The notes under the pieces were generated by a model that was given only the letters and a program-made list of their open reading frames with translations, had not been told where the DNA came from and did no database searches. The position numbers and the translations under genes are program-made. From assembly GCA_965263355.1 (NCBI GenBank), contig CBDHHL010000032.1, forward strand, positions 3,840,001-3,904,000: DNA of 64,000 bases, given 5' to 3'. Positions 63,656 to 64,000 of the stretch are shown piece by piece (position 1 is the first letter of the stretch; the number at the start of each line of letters is the position of its first letter). This DNA comes from Leptolyngbyaceae cyanobacterium. Its GTDB lineage: Bacteria > Cyanobacteriota > Cyanobacteriia > Phormidesmidales > Phormidesmidaceae.

Positions 63656-64000
63656 TTATGCAGGCATTAGCACAGTATCAATGATGTGAATAACCCCATT
63701 GTCAGCGCCAACATCGGGTGTTGTTACTGTGGCATTATTAATCTTGACGCCATGGGAAGCATCAATTTTCACATCTTCACCTTCAACCGTTTTAGCGGAC
63801 TTCAGCTTCGTAACATCAGCCGCCATCACCTTACCTGAAACCACATGATAAGTCAGGATTTTCTTGAGTTGAGGAATATTCTTGAGGAGCCCATCCACTG
63901 TGCCTTTAGGTAATTTGGCAAAGGCATCATCCGTGGGCGCAAAAACTGTAAAGGGTCCCTTTCCTTTAAGGGTATCGACTAATCCAGCTGCTTTAACAGC
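63656..64000 (-). CDS. Fasciclin (FAS1) domain protein, 5' end beyond the window
   Basis: Frame open to the edge: [39 protein letters not shown]. Confidence 0.92.
   Translation of the reverse strand, partial: AVKAAGLVDTLKGKGPFTVFAPTDDAFAKLPKGTVDGLLKNIPQLKKILTYHVVSGKVMAADVTKLKSAKTVEGEDVKIDASHGVKINNATVTTPDVGADNGVIHIIDTVLMPA

Overview
Chromosomal window from a filamentous cyanobacterium. This is inferred from HIP1 GCGATCGC octamers, hetZ/patU, OCP and a Psb34-like gene; a Leptolyngbya-like lineage is likely but not proven. (1) 1-4.8 kb: MFS transporter end, a CPXCG mini-protein and a three-gene SBP-VWA / coiled-coil / SBP operon with no ABC permease. (2) 4.8-18.1 kb, minus strand: six secreted or envelope genes (four DUF11-type proteins, a large outer-membrane beta-barrel, a beta-helix+OmpA protein). 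Their DUF11 domains appear split in a complementary way: N-terminal I-x-N-x-A strands on some proteins, C-terminally truncated domains on others. This suggests a donor-strand-complemented, possibly isopeptide-crosslinked pilus-like fibre and is the best candidate for an undescribed system here. (3) 18.8-43.4 kb: mostly core genes: His-less GAF kinase-like protein, Ser/Thr kinase, bioD, M20 amidohydrolase, ureD-ureA-(S41 peptidase)-ureB-(hypothetical)-ureC, hetZ-patU, TgpA-like protein, argD, sulfotransferase, 2OG-Fe(II) oxygenase, recF, YheT-like hydrolase. (4) tRNA-Gln(TTG) at 43656-43727 is an integration site. A 47-bp copy of its 3' part at 47286-47332 bounds a 3.6-kb integrase-less islet containing a HIP1-to-HIP1 132-bp duplication. 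(5) 47.4-64 kb: accessory region in which I found no HIP1 by eye. It holds pseudogenes, an orphan divergent groEL upstream of DUF1611 and racemase genes, two unannotated Cys-rich mini-ORFs, and a photoprotection-like cluster with an OCP2-type gene carrying Gln at position 155. All family calls come from motif recognition, not from database searches.
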